From assembly GCA_040386535.1 (NCBI GenBank), contig JAZKFH010000025.1, forward strand, positions 1 to 64,000: DNA of 64,000 nt, given 5' to 3'. Positions 22,373 through 31,872 of this stretch are shown piece by piece. Numbering within the stretch: the first letter of the stretch is position 1; each line of letters begins with the position of its first letter. Below the pieces are notes generated by a model. The model saw only the letters and a program-made list of their open reading frames with translations. It did no database searches and was not told where the DNA came from. The position numbers and the translations under genes are program-made. The DNA comes from Myxococcota bacterium. Its GTDB lineage: Bacteria; Myxococcota_A; UBA796; SXON01.

Positions 22373-22395
22373 CGCCGACACGCTACATTCCCGCC

Positions 22396-23352
22396 GTGCC
22401 GCTCCTCCTCCTGCTCGCTTCGTGTCGCGTCGAGTTCGGCCCCCCCGCCGAGATCGCGCCGCTCGCCGCGGGGGAGAAGGTCGAGGTGTGGGTCTACACG
22501 TCGATGTACCAGCACGTGCTCGACGCGATGGACCCCGTGCTCGCCGAGCGCCTGCCGGGCATCCAGGTGCGTTGGTTCCAGAGCGGCTCGGAGAAGGTGG
22601 CCCAACGTTGGGAGGCCGAGCACGAGGCGGGGCAGAGCCCGGCGTGTATCGTCGCCACGTCCGATCCCTCCTGGTACGTCGACCTCACCTCCCGCGATCT
22701 GCTCGTGTCCTACGTGTCCCCGCGCGCCGTGACGCTCGACCGCGCGTGGGTCACCCCCACGTGGTCCACCGTGCGGCTGTCGTTCATGGTGCTCGGCGGG
22801 CCCGCGCCCGCACGGTTCGCCGATCTCGCCGCGCCCGAGTGGAAGGACCGCTTCTCCAGCGGAGATCCCTTGTCCTCCGGCACCACCTTCGCCACCCTCG
22901 CGGCGTTCGACGCGGCGTACGGCTGGGACTTCGTGCAGGGGCTGCACTCCAACGGGTGGATGGCGGCGGGCGGAAACAGCGGCGTCCTCGCGCGGATGGA
23001 GAGCGGCGAGCGGCCGGTCGGCATCGTGTTGCACGAGAACCTGCTCGCCAAGGGGCTGCCTGCGGTCATCCCGGCGGACGGCGCGGTGGCGGTGCCGGGC
23101 CCGGTCGCGATCCCGACCGATTGCCGCTCGAAGGAAGCGGCGAAGTCCGTGATCGACTGGCTCTACACCGACGAGGCGCAGGCGCTCGTGGTGGCGGGCG
23201 CGATGTACAGCCCGTTCCCGGAGCTTGCGCCGCCCGTCGGGGGGCCGCCGCTCGCGGAGCTGCCACGTTTCGACGTCCCCGCCAACTTCTGGGTCACCAC
23301 CGCCGCGCGCGCCCCCGATCTGAAAGAGCGCTTCCGCGCGCTCGTGCGTTGA
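22396..23352 (+). CDS. ABC transporter substrate-binding lipoprotein (Fe3+/thiamine/polyamine class)
   Basis: VYTSM, DPLSSGT, AK..IDWL..EAQ; LASC lipobox; GTG 22396 follows TACATT (alternative start 22369). Confidence 0.85.
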   Translation: MPLLLLLASCRVEFGPPAEIAPLAAGEKVEVWVYTSMYQHVLDAMDPVLAERLPGIQVRWFQSGSEKVAQRWEAEHEAGQSPACIVATSDPSWYVDLTSRDLLVSYVSPRAVTLDRAWVTPTWSTVRLSFMVLGGPAPARFADLAAPEWKDRFSSGDPLSSGTTFATLAAFDAAYGWDFVQGLHSNGWMAAGGNSGVLARMESGERPVGIVLHENLLAKGLPAVIPADGAVAVPGPVAIPTDCRSKEAAKSVIDWLYTDEAQALVVAGAMYSPFPELAPPVGGPPLAELPRFDVPANFWVTTAARAPDLKERFRALVR

Positions 23353-24944
23353 TGCGCCTCCGGCTCCCCCCCGTGCGGGGAACGGACGTGCTCCTCGCCC
23401 TCGTCGCGCTCGCCCTGATTGGTCTGGTGGGGCTTCCGCTCCTCGCCTTGCTCCCCCGGGTGGGCGGCTTCGCCGCGTTGCCCGGCGAGCTCGACGCGCT
23501 CGGGAACACCGTGCTGCTCGGCCTCGGCACCACCCTGTTCGCGCTTGCGATCGGTGGCCCGATGGGGTTCGCCCTGGCGCGAGCGCGTTTGTTTCGTGGC
23601 GCGGACCTGCTGCTCGTCCTCCCCTACGTGACACCGCCCTATGTCACCACGATCGCCTGGATGATGCTCGCCAACCCGACCACGGGCTGGCTGCGGCCCT
23701 ATCTCCCCGTCGACATCTACACGATCGGCGGCATGGTGTGGGTGTTGGGCCTGCACCTCGCGCCGTTCGTGGCAACCACCGTGCGGGACGCGTTGACACG
23801 CCTCGACCCCGCGATGGAGGAGGCCGCGTGGCTCGCCGGCGCCAGCCGCCTGCGCACGCTCGTGAGCGTCACGATCCCGGCGCTCCTGCCGGCGTGGGTG
23901 GCCTCGGCCACGCTCGTGTTCGCGTCGACCGTCGCGAGCTTCGGCGTGCCCTGGATGCTCGGCGCCCCCGCCTCCGATCCTGTCCCCGTGCTCTCGACCC
24001 GCATCGTCGAGGTGCTCGAGCTCGGCTGGGTGCGCGGCCGCCCGCTCGCGACCAGCCTCGCGTTGGTGCTGCTCGTGTTGGGGCTCGGCGTCCCGCTCCT
24101 GCTGCGCCGCCTCCTCGCCGGCCGCGCCTGGTCGGGCGCGCGCTCCGTGCGACCTTTGATCCCGACGGACAAGCCCTGGGCCACCGCGTTGGTCGCGAGC
24201 TGGGGTGTGCTGGCGGTCGCCGTGCCGACGCTGACCCTCATCGTCGCGTCGCTCACCGATCAGGGCGCGTTCTCCACCGTGCATTGGGCGCGCGTGGTGG
24301 GCGACGCCCGCATCGTCGACGCGCTCACCCGCTCCACCATCGTGTCGGCATGCGTCGCGACGGCCACCGTCGGCATCGGCGGATTTGTCGCCTGGGCGGC
24401 GACCCGCGGTGGCCGGGGCGCGGGCGCGGTTGCGGGCCTCGCGCGGGCCGGACTCGCCATCCCCGGGTCGGTGCTCGCGTTGGCGCTCCTCCTCGCGTTC
24501 TCCCAGGAGCTGCGCGTCATCGTGTTGGAACGTGCCACGTTCACCCTTGCACTGGCCGACACGGCATGGCTGCTCGGCCTCGCGTGGTTCGTGCGTTTCC
24601 TGGCGCTCCCCGTCGATGTCGTGGGCGCGGGCACCCGCGGCGTGCACCCCTCGCTGGAGGAGGCCGCCCGCGTCGCCGGCGCCGGGCCCTTGCGCGCCCT
24701 CCGCAGCGTCACGATCCCGCTCCTGGCCCCCGCCTTGGCGAACGCCTGGTTCCTCGTGTTCGTGGGCGCCATCTGCGAGGTGACGCTCGCCACCATGCTC
24801 GCGGGCCCACGCACTCCCGTGCTCGGCACGATGTTGTTCCAGCTCCAGACCTACGCCGACCCGCGCGCCGCCTGCGTGCTCGGCGTGGGCCTCTCCGCGT
24901 TGTTGCTCACCGGCACGGCGCTGACCCGCAGGTTCGTCAGATGA
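23352..24944 (+). CDS. ABC transporter permease, FbpB-like (two TM domains)
   Basis: Two EAA loops (MEEAAWLAGA, LEEAARVAGA); TGATG coupling. Confidence 0.9.
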   Translation: MRLRLPPVRGTDVLLALVALALIGLVGLPLLALLPRVGGFAALPGELDALGNTVLLGLGTTLFALAIGGPMGFALARARLFRGADLLLVLPYVTPPYVTTIAWMMLANPTTGWLRPYLPVDIYTIGGMVWVLGLHLAPFVATTVRDALTRLDPAMEEAAWLAGASRLRTLVSVTIPALLPAWVASATLVFASTVASFGVPWMLGAPASDPVPVLSTRIVEVLELGWVRGRPLATSLALVLLVLGLGVPLLLRRLLAGRAWSGARSVRPLIPTDKPWATALVASWGVLAVAVPTLTLIVASLTDQGAFSTVHWARVVGDARIVDALTRSTIVSACVATATVGIGGFVAWAATRGGRGAGAVAGLARAGLAIPGSVLALALLLAFSQELRVIVLERATFTLALADTAWLLGLAWFVRFLALPVDVVGAGTRGVHPSLEEAARVAGAGPLRALRSVTIPLLAPALANAWFLVFVGAICEVTLATMLAGPRTPVLGTMLFQLQTYADPRAACVLGVGLSALLLTGTALTRRFVR

Positions 24945-25015
24945 TCCAGCGTACGATGACGCAGCGTGCGATGACACAGCGTCCGATTACCAAGCGTTCG
25001 AGGAGGGCACCATGA
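24941..25015 (+). CDS. putative 24-aa micro-ORF built from four 15-bp imperfect repeats
   Basis: MIQRT MTQRA MTQRP ITKRS RRAP*; ATGA overlaps at both ends. Confidence 0.35.
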   Translation: MIQRTMTQRAMTQRPITKRSRRAP

Positions 25016-25986
25016 GCGTGACGATGGCGGGCGTGCGGCGCGCCGTGGGCGCCCACGTGATCCTCGACGGCATCGATCTCGTGGCCGATCCCGGCACGAT
25101 CCTCGCCCTGCTCGGGCCCTCCGGATCGGGCAAGACCTCCTGCCTCCGTGTCATCGCCGGCTTGGATCCGGTGGACGCGGGCGTCGTCCGCCTGGGCGAC
25201 AAGGATGTCACCCACACGCCGCCCGAGAAGCGTGGCATCGGCATGGTGTTCCAGACCTGGGCGCTCTGGCCCCACCGCACCGTGCGCGCCAACGTGGCGT
25301 GGCCGCTCCACCTCCGCGGTGTCAAGGACGCCGACGCACGCGCCGACGCGTTGTTGGGCCGCGTCCAGTTGGGTGGCACCGGGGATCGTTACCCCCACAC
25401 CATGTCCGGCGGCCAACAACAGCGTGTGGCGTTGGCCCGCGCGCTCGCGATCGAGCCCGAGGTGCTCCTCCTCGACGAGCCCCTCTCCAGCCTCGACGCC
25501 GCCCTGCGCGACGAGCTCCGCGCCCTGCTCGCCGAGGTCATCCGGGAGCGCGGCCTCACCGCCATCCTGGTCAGCCACGATCCCGAGGAGGCGCTCTCGC
25601 TCGCAGACCGCGTCGCCATCCTCCAGGCGGGGAAGGTGACACAGGTGGGGACCCCTGCCGAGGTCTACACGACCCCGCGGACGGAGGCCGCGGCACGGCT
25701 CACCGGCGCGGTTGCAGTGGTGTCTGCGTCCCGACGAAACGGGCGCGTGGACGTGTTGGGTTGGCAGGGAGAGTCCGCTGGCGCCGATGGCGCGGTGAAC
25801 GTCGCCATTCGGCCCGAGGACGTCGACTTCTCCGCGATCGGCGTGCCCTTCCAGGTCGAGCGCGCCACCTTCCGCGGCGCCCGCTCCCGCTACCGCGTGC
25901 GCGTGGGCGATGTCGTGGTCGAGGTCGAGCGCGAGGCCCCGCCGACGGGGATGTTGCGGGTGGGGCGGGCGGTGGTGTTGAGCTGA
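25012..25986 (+). CDS. ABC transporter ATP-binding protein, FbpC/PotA-like
   Basis: GPSGSGKT, SGGQQQRVALAR, LLLDEP, TOBE-like C-terminus; AGGAGG RBS. Confidence 0.93.
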   Translation: MSVTMAGVRRAVGAHVILDGIDLVADPGTILALLGPSGSGKTSCLRVIAGLDPVDAGVVRLGDKDVTHTPPEKRGIGMVFQTWALWPHRTVRANVAWPLHLRGVKDADARADALLGRVQLGGTGDRYPHTMSGGQQQRVALARALAIEPEVLLLDEPLSSLDAALRDELRALLAEVIRERGLTAILVSHDPEEALSLADRVAILQAGKVTQVGTPAEVYTTPRTEAAARLTGAVAVVSASRRNGRVDVLGWQGESAGADGAVNVAIRPEDVDFSAIGVPFQVERATFRGARSRYRVRVGDVVVEVEREAPPTGMLRVGRAVVLS

Positions 25987-26035
25987 GCGGCCGCTCGGAC
26001 GGGCGCGGGCTAACCCTTCCAATGGCCCAGCCTCG

Positions 26036-26578
26036 ATGACCCCCGCCCTCCACATCTACGTCTACCGCGAGGGCCTCCTCGCCCGCTTCGGCCACGATCT
26101 CCGGCTGACCGTGCCGCGTTTCGAGGTGACCCTCCGCGGAGACCGTGTCACCGCCTGGTTCGACGTTGGCTCGGTGCGGGTCGACGGCGCCGCCACGGGC
26201 GAGAAGGTCGACCCAACCAGGCTCTCCGAGGCGGACAAGACCAAGATCCAGGCGGCAATCGCGGGCGAGATCCTCGATGTCGCACGGTTCCCCAAGGTGA
26301 CGCTCGAAGGAGATGTAACGTTCCCCGGTCCGGCCGTGCGGGCCCGCCTCACGATGAAGGGCCGCACCGCGGACGAGGAGATCCCCGTCAGCCGCGTCCC
26401 CGGCCTGCTGCGCGTGAACACGGTGATCACGCCATCGCGTTGGGGCATCACCCCCTACAAGACGCTCGCGGGCGCCATCCGGTTGCAGGATCGTTGGCGG
26501 ATCCAGCTGTATCTGCCCTGGGACCCCCCGCTCGACGCGCTCCGGGGGGCGGACAAGACCTGGGTGGGGGTGGGGTGA
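26036..26578 (+). CDS. YceI family protein
   Basis: EGLL..FGHDL, ILD..RFP, LT.KG.T, WGITPY..L.G. Confidence 0.7.
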   Translation: MTPALHIYVYREGLLARFGHDLRLTVPRFEVTLRGDRVTAWFDVGSVRVDGAATGEKVDPTRLSEADKTKIQAAIAGEILDVARFPKVTLEGDVTFPGPAVRARLTMKGRTADEEIPVSRVPGLLRVNTVITPSRWGITPYKTLAGAIRLQDRWRIQLYLPWDPPLDALRGADKTWVGVG

Positions 26579-26727
26579 AGGGTTGGGGGGCGCACTCCGC
26601 GCGGACGCGGGAGCACACGAATATCCGGACGGGCCGTCCTCGGAGAAATAGTTACAAACGCCGACAGCCTCCACCCTTGGTGAAACACCGCGGAGGAGTA
26701 GGAGTCTTGCGGAGGTCGAGCGCGCTG

Positions 26728-26910
26728 ATGACCGATGAAAAGTTCGTCCTGCTTCCACCTGCCGTCCGTCAGGTCGTCGTCGCGGCCCAGGAGATCGCCA
26801 GTGACGTGAATGGCCCCGAAGCCCTGGTTCTTCAAGCAGTGGCGGCGCTGGAGGCCATCGACGAATGGACAGAGGACATGGCGATGGTGGAAAAACCTCC
26901 CGGCCAGTGA
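26728..26910 (+). CDS. small hypothetical protein (60 aa)
   Basis: ATG with GGAGG upstream; helical acidic sequence; fills the intergenic gap. Confidence 0.5.
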   Translation: MTDEKFVLLPPAVRQVVVAAQEIASDVNGPEALVLQAVAALEAIDEWTEDMAMVEKPPGQ

Positions 26911-26952
26911 GCCCGTGTGGCGTTCTCCAGCCCACCGCGTCAAAGAGCCCCC

Positions 26953-27648
26953 GTGCCCCACGACCTCCTCCTCTCCAGCGGCTTTCTCGCCTTCGCCCGC
27001 CACGTGGGCGTACTCCACGCCGTCGAGTCGCGCGGGATCGCCATCGACGCCGTCGTCGGCACCTCGTCGGGCGCCCTGGTCGGCGCCCTCTGGGCCGCGG
27101 GGCACCCCGCCGCGCGCATCGAGGCGCTCCTCGGTGAGCAACGCCCCTTCGCGCTGATGGGCGTGCATGCCCGCGTGTGGACCGGCGCGTTCTCGCTCGA
27201 TCCGCTCGTGACGTGGCTCCGCGCGCGGCTGCCGCCCACCTTCGCGGACCTCCCGCGTCCTTTCGCCGCTGGCGTCGTGCGGCCCGACGGCACGCCGGGG
27301 CTCCTCCGCGAGGGCCCGCTCGCCGAGGCCGTGGCGGCGTCGTGCGCGATCCCCTACGTCTTCGCCCCGGTCGTGCTCGGCGGCGCGCGCTTCCACGACG
27401 GCGGCGTCGCCGACCGCCTCATGCTCGAGCCCTGGCGGGCGTGGCGCGGCGATCGGTCCGCGGTGGTGCACCTCGTCGACCGCAGCGCCGGGCGCGACCC
27501 CGCCGCATCGATGGAGGGGCTCGCCGTCATCCGCACGCCGCGCTCCGGCGCCACGTTCTGGAGCCTGGGGGATGTGACGGGCGGGGTCGCGCTCGCGCGG
27601 GAACGGGCGCTCGCGGTGCTGACGGAGATGCCGTCCGAAGTCCGGTAA
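26953..27648 (+). CDS. patatin-like phospholipase
   Basis: SSGFLAF.HVGV, GTSSG nucleophile, ASCAIP..F.PV, DGG. Confidence 0.88.
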   Translation: MPHDLLLSSGFLAFARHVGVLHAVESRGIAIDAVVGTSSGALVGALWAAGHPAARIEALLGEQRPFALMGVHARVWTGAFSLDPLVTWLRARLPPTFADLPRPFAAGVVRPDGTPGLLREGPLAEAVAASCAIPYVFAPVVLGGARFHDGGVADRLMLEPWRAWRGDRSAVVHLVDRSAGRDPAASMEGLAVIRTPRSGATFWSLGDVTGGVALARERALAVLTEMPSEVR

Positions 27649-29352
27649 CTACCGCCGCCGGCCCACCAAGCCCAGCAACACCGGCAGGAACACCCACCCC
27701 GCGGCGCCCCCCGTCACGGCACACCCCGCGCTCTCTTCCTCGACCACCGCAGGCTCCTCCGCCTCCGGCATCACCACCACCGTGAACGTGACGTCCGCGC
27801 TCGACGGCCCCGCGCCCCACGGGTCCACCGCGGCGACGCTCCACGTCACGACATCGCCCAGGTCGACCGCGGAGGCGAGGTCCATCGTCGTGCCGGCTAC
27901 GGCGTCTACCTCGGCCTCGCCGCCGTTCACGGACCACGTCACGAGGTAGCTGAGCGCGTCGGCGTCGGGGTCGACGGGGGCCTCCCAATTCAGCAGGACC
28001 CGCGGCAGCTCGGCGGTCTCCGCGACCAACACGGGCACCGGCGCCTCGGGCGCGCCGTTCGCGACAGCGGCCACGGCGGCCCCGGCGTCGATGCGGCCGC
28101 AGCCGTAGAAGGGGCTCCGGCCGTCGCCGTCCCATTGGGCGAGCGCGGCGTCGTTGCGGACGCCGGTGTCACACAACACGTCCCGCGCTTGTTTGGCCGT
28201 GATGCGCGGGTTGGCCTCGAACATCAGGGCGAGCACGCCGCTCACGACAGGCGTGGCGGCGCTCGTGCCGGAGTACCCGTCCGCGAAGGCGTCGTCACCG
28301 CCGTACGAGCCGTAGCCGCCGCCGACCAGGTCCGTCGTGAGCAGCGACGTGGGCGCGCTGATGTCGACCGAGTCGCCGTAGCTCGAGTACCACGCGCGCT
28401 CGTCGTTCCACTCGATCGCCGCCACGACCACGGCCTTGCGGTTGTGCAACATGCCGTCCGCGGCGATGTCACAGGCGCCGTTTCCGGCCGCGAACACCAC
28501 TGCCGCGCCGAGCCCGCCGCGGCCGTTGTCCTCGGCGTAGTTGAACATGTCGGTGAACACGTCGTCGGCCGGGATGGTCGCGCAGGAGGTGCCGAACCCC
28601 CACGAGTTGGACAACACGGACGCGCCGGCGTCGACCGCCTCGGCGAAGGAGTTGTACAGGTCGTCCAGCGAGGTGTCGCCGCCGATGAGCCGGATCGCGT
28701 ACACGTCCGCGTCGTAGGCCACCCCGGCCACGCCGTAGCCGTTGTTCCCGACCGCCGCGGCAACCCCGGCCGCGCCGGTGCCGTGGGGCCCGGAGTCCGA
28801 CGAGAAGTCGGGGCTCGGATCGTCGTCGCGGCCGATGTAGTCGTACCCAGCGACCACCGACAGATCGGGGTGGTCGAGCTGCACGCCCGAGTCCAGGATG
28901 GCGATGAGCTGCCCCTTGCCGGTGGCGTAGGCCCACGCAGCCTCGGCGTCGATGTCGACATCGACCGTGCGTCCGGACTGGCCGGTGTTCTCCAGGTGCC
29001 ACTCGTCCGCCACCCAGGGGTCGTCCGGCATCGTGGAGGGGACCAGCGCGAACGTCAGGTCGGGGAGGGCGTAGGTGACACCGGGGCGCGCACTCAGCGC
29101 GCGAGCCAGCGCCAGGTCATCGGTGCCGGCCGCGGGCTCGACGCGGAGCAGCCCACCCGGGAGCGTCGTGACGCGGCCCACGCCCGGCATGGCGGAGACG
29201 GCGGCGGCATCGCCGCGTACGAGCAGGCGGCCGGTGCGGCCCTTGATCGTGCCGGCCGACACGAGCGCGTCGAACGAGACCGGGGCGAGGCCGGCGCCGG
29301 GGGTGAACGTGTCATCGGCGCGGGCCGCGGCGATCAGCGTGAGGACGAACAT
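27649..29352 (-). CDS. S8 (subtilisin-like) serine peptidase with MYXO-CTERM-like tail
   Basis: ILDSG, HGTGAAG, AAGN, SGTSAATP triad; C-terminal GCAVTGG-hydrophobic-RRR. Confidence 0.92.
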   Translation of the reverse strand: MFVLTLIAAARADDTFTPGAGLAPVSFDALVSAGTIKGRTGRLLVRGDAAAVSAMPGVGRVTTLPGGLLRVEPAAGTDDLALARALSARPGVTYALPDLTFALVPSTMPDDPWVADEWHLENTGQSGRTVDVDIDAEAAWAYATGKGQLIAILDSGVQLDHPDLSVVAGYDYIGRDDDPSPDFSSDSGPHGTGAAGVAAAVGNNGYGVAGVAYDADVYAIRLIGGDTSLDDLYNSFAEAVDAGASVLSNSWGFGTSCATIPADDVFTDMFNYAEDNGRGGLGAAVVFAAGNGACDIAADGMLHNRKAVVVAAIEWNDERAWYSSYGDSVDISAPTSLLTTDLVGGGYGSYGGDDAFADGYSGTSAATPVVSGVLALMFEANPRITAKQARDVLCDTGVRNDAALAQWDGDGRSPFYGCGRIDAGAAVAAVANGAPEAPVPVLVAETAELPRVLLNWEAPVDPDADALSYLVTWSVNGGEAEVDAVAGTTMDLASAVDLGDVVTWSVAAVDPWGAGPSSADVTFTVVVMPEAEEPAVVEEESAGCAVTGGAAGWVFLPVLLGLVGRRR

Positions 29353-29377
29353 GCGCACGAGGATACCGGACGGCGTC

Positions 29378-29411
29378 GCGTTCCGCTCGATGTAGCGTTC
29401 CGGTCGATGTA
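29378..29411. repeat. 17-bp direct repeat x2 (one mismatch) in a divergent promoter region
   Basis: GCGTTCCGCTCGATGTA / GCGTTCCGGTCGATGTA. Confidence 0.85.
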
Positions 29412-29420
29412 GACTGCGCG

Positions 29421-30833
29421 ATGCGCTCGCTCCTGCTCCTGGTCCTCCTCGCCTGCGACCGTACCGACCCCTCCGTGGTCACCCCCATCGTCGAGGAGCC
29501 GTCCGCCCGATGTGGGAACGGGGTGGTCGACGCCGACGAGGCGTGTGACGCGGGCGCGGAGAACGACGACGCCACACCCGACGCGTGCCGCACCACGTGC
29601 CTGCTCCCGCGCTGCGGGGACGCCGTGGTCGACGCGGGGGAGGGGTGTGACGACGGCGTGCCGGGCGACTTCGAAGGCGCGCCGGTCGGCGGCGACGGGT
29701 GCAGCGCCACGTGCGTGGTGGAGTCGGGCGCGCTCGAGGTGGAGCCGAACGATACCCCCGCCGAGGCCACGCCGCTGGTGGAGCTCGGCCACGGCGCGCT
29801 CTCCGAGGACGACGTCGACTGCTGGTCCTTCCCCGTGTCCCAATGTGGCGCCCTGCGGATCAGCGAGACCGGCCCATGCGCCTCCGCGCTCACGATGGCC
29901 CTCTACGCGCCCGACGGCGCGCGGGTCGCCGCGGGGGCTCCGGGCGCGGATGGTTGTGCCGTGCTCGATCCGGTCGACCAGCCCGGCGCGCGCTGGGTCG
30001 AGGCGGGGGACTGGGCGGTGTGTGTGCAGGCCGTGAACGGGGGCGTGGTGCCCGGCTACACGCTCGACGTCGCGCTCGAAACCTCCGCGGATCTGGACGC
30101 GCCGCTCGGCGACGACCTGGACGCGGACGGCCAGCCCGACTCCTGCGACGTCGATCGCGACGGGGACGGCGTCGGGGACCTCGACGACACCTGCCCCGAC
30201 GTGTCCAACGGCCCCGACACGGTCCTGGCGCTCGGCTCCACCGGCTACGTGCGCACCTGGCTCGCCTCCGGCCCGTACACGGGCGATCCCTCGGCGGACA
30301 CGTGCCGCCCGGCGGACGTTGCGCGTGTCGGGGAGGATGTCGAGGGCTTTGCCCCCACCATCGGCGATCCGGCGGGGTCCGACTCCGGCGCTGATCTCGC
30401 GTGGCGCGCGCACCTCCTCACCAGCAACGCGTTCGACTTCAACGTGGACTACGCGACCGTCGACGCCCCGCGCGAGGGCTACGCGATGGTGTACCTGTGG
30501 AGCGACACCCAGCGCGCCCTGACGCTCGCCGTCGGCGCGGACGACGGGGTGTTCGCGTGGTGGAACGGCGCGCTCGTGCTCGACGTGGCGAGCTGCCAAG
30601 GCGTCAACGCCGATCAGTTCCAGGCCCCCGTCGACGTGGCCGCCGGATGGAACACGCTTCTGCTCAAGGTGCGGGATCAGGGCGGCGGGTGGGGCCACTC
30701 CGCGCGCCTCCTCGACGAGGCCGGCGCTGCCGTCACCGATCTCGCGCCGGCGCTGGATCCGGAGGGCCTCTGGCGGCCCGATCAGACCGACACCGACGGG
30801 GACGGAGAGGGCGACGCGTGTGACGACGACTGA
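29421..30833 (+). CDS. lipoprotein with myxococcal Cys-rich (DUF4215-like) repeats, PPC-like domain, TSP3-like repeats and PA14-like domain
   Basis: CGNGVVD..EACD, CGD..VD.GE.CDDG, EVEPND, DRDGDG..D..D.CP, GADDGV..WWNG. Confidence 0.75.
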   Translation: MRSLLLLVLLACDRTDPSVVTPIVEEPSARCGNGVVDADEACDAGAENDDATPDACRTTCLLPRCGDAVVDAGEGCDDGVPGDFEGAPVGGDGCSATCVVESGALEVEPNDTPAEATPLVELGHGALSEDDVDCWSFPVSQCGALRISETGPCASALTMALYAPDGARVAAGAPGADGCAVLDPVDQPGARWVEAGDWAVCVQAVNGGVVPGYTLDVALETSADLDAPLGDDLDADGQPDSCDVDRDGDGVGDLDDTCPDVSNGPDTVLALGSTGYVRTWLASGPYTGDPSADTCRPADVARVGEDVEGFAPTIGDPAGSDSGADLAWRAHLLTSNAFDFNVDYATVDAPREGYAMVYLWSDTQRALTLAVGADDGVFAWWNGALVLDVASCQGVNADQFQAPVDVAAGWNTLLLKVRDQGGGWGHSARLLDEAGAAVTDLAPALDPEGLWRPDQTDTDGDGEGDACDDD

Positions 30834-30896
30834 CCGGGGGGCGGCCCGAGTGCGCCCGATCGTCGCCCGGCCTCCACCCGACGCACGACAAGATGC

Positions 30897-30925
30897 TTGA
30901 CAACGAGCGGTCCCGACGGGAAAGT
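30897..30925 (+). promoter_or_regulatory. sigma70-type promoter, probably leaderless
   Basis: TTGACA-N17-GAAAGT-N8-ATG (30934), no SD sequence. Confidence 0.55.
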
Positions 30926-30933
30926 CCCTGGCC

Positions 30934-31872
30934 ATGCTCCACCTGCTCCTCCTCGCCTGCACCGCGCCCTCAACCTCGGACGCCGAAGACACGGGTGACA
31001 CCGGCGCGGTCGCCGTGGACACGGTCGTGGCCGAGGTGAGCCTGTGGACCAAGTACAAGGTCGACTCGGCATCGACCCTGCGGGGCGTCTTCGCATCGGA
31101 CACCAGCGTGTACGTCGTGGGTAGCCGCGGGCAGGCGTGGGTGGGCTCCGCGACCGAGGCGTGGGCGCCCTACACCTTGCCGGTCGAGCTCACCGGCGTC
31201 GACATCAACGCGCTCTGGGGCAGCGGCTCCGGTGACACGCTCCAGCTCGCCGTGGCGGCCGACCACGGGTTGATCGGCACCCTCAACGCCGGCGTCTGGA
31301 CCGTGGCGACGCTCGGCACGGGCGCGAACCTCGCGGTCGACGGCACGGCCTTCACCAACCTCTTCGTGGCCGGCGACAACGGCATCCAGCGCTTCAACGG
31401 CTCGGAGTGGGCGCTCGAGAGCGAGCCTCCGGTCACGATGAACGCGGTGCACGTGTACGAGGGCGGCGCGTTCGCCGCGGGCAACGAGGGCTTCGTGACG
31501 CAGCGCGCGGGAGATGGCACCTGGGCCGAGTCCGAGACCAACAAGGCGGCCAACTTCTTCGGGCTCAACGGGGTCGGCGCGTACGACGCGTGGGTGGCGG
31601 GGGACCAGGGCGTGATCCTGCACTGGGACGGCACCACGTGGGCGCAGGTCGCCAGCGGGACCACGGAGACGCTCAACGCGATCTACGCCGGCCCGGGCAA
31701 CAGCCTGATCGCCGTGGGGAACGACGGCGTCACGCTCTCCTACGACGGCACGAGCTGGCGCGAGCTCTACAACGAGACCAACCAGAACCTCTACGCCGTG
31801 CACGGCGTGTCCGCGGCCCACGTCTGGACGGTCGGCAATGGCGGCCTCGCGATGCAGTACCTGGGCGAGTAG
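30934..31872 (+). CDS. beta-propeller-like repeat lipoprotein
   Basis: Repeats such as L.GV.G...WVAG..G.ILHWDG..W; LLAC lipobox. Confidence 0.75.
   Translation: MLHLLLLACTAPSTSDAEDTGDTGAVAVDTVVAEVSLWTKYKVDSASTLRGVFASDTSVYVVGSRGQAWVGSATEAWAPYTLPVELTGVDINALWGSGSGDTLQLAVAADHGLIGTLNAGVWTVATLGTGANLAVDGTAFTNLFVAGDNGIQRFNGSEWALESEPPVTMNAVHVYEGGAFAAGNEGFVTQRAGDGTWAESETNKAANFFGLNGVGAYDAWVAGDQGVILHWDGTTWAQVASGTTETLNAIYAGPGNSLIAVGNDGVTLSYDGTSWRELYNETNQNLYAVHGVSAAHVWTVGNGGLAMQYLGE

Noticed and set aside
26580..26727. Known riboswitch or tRNA
   Set aside because: No recognisable consensus or cloverleaf
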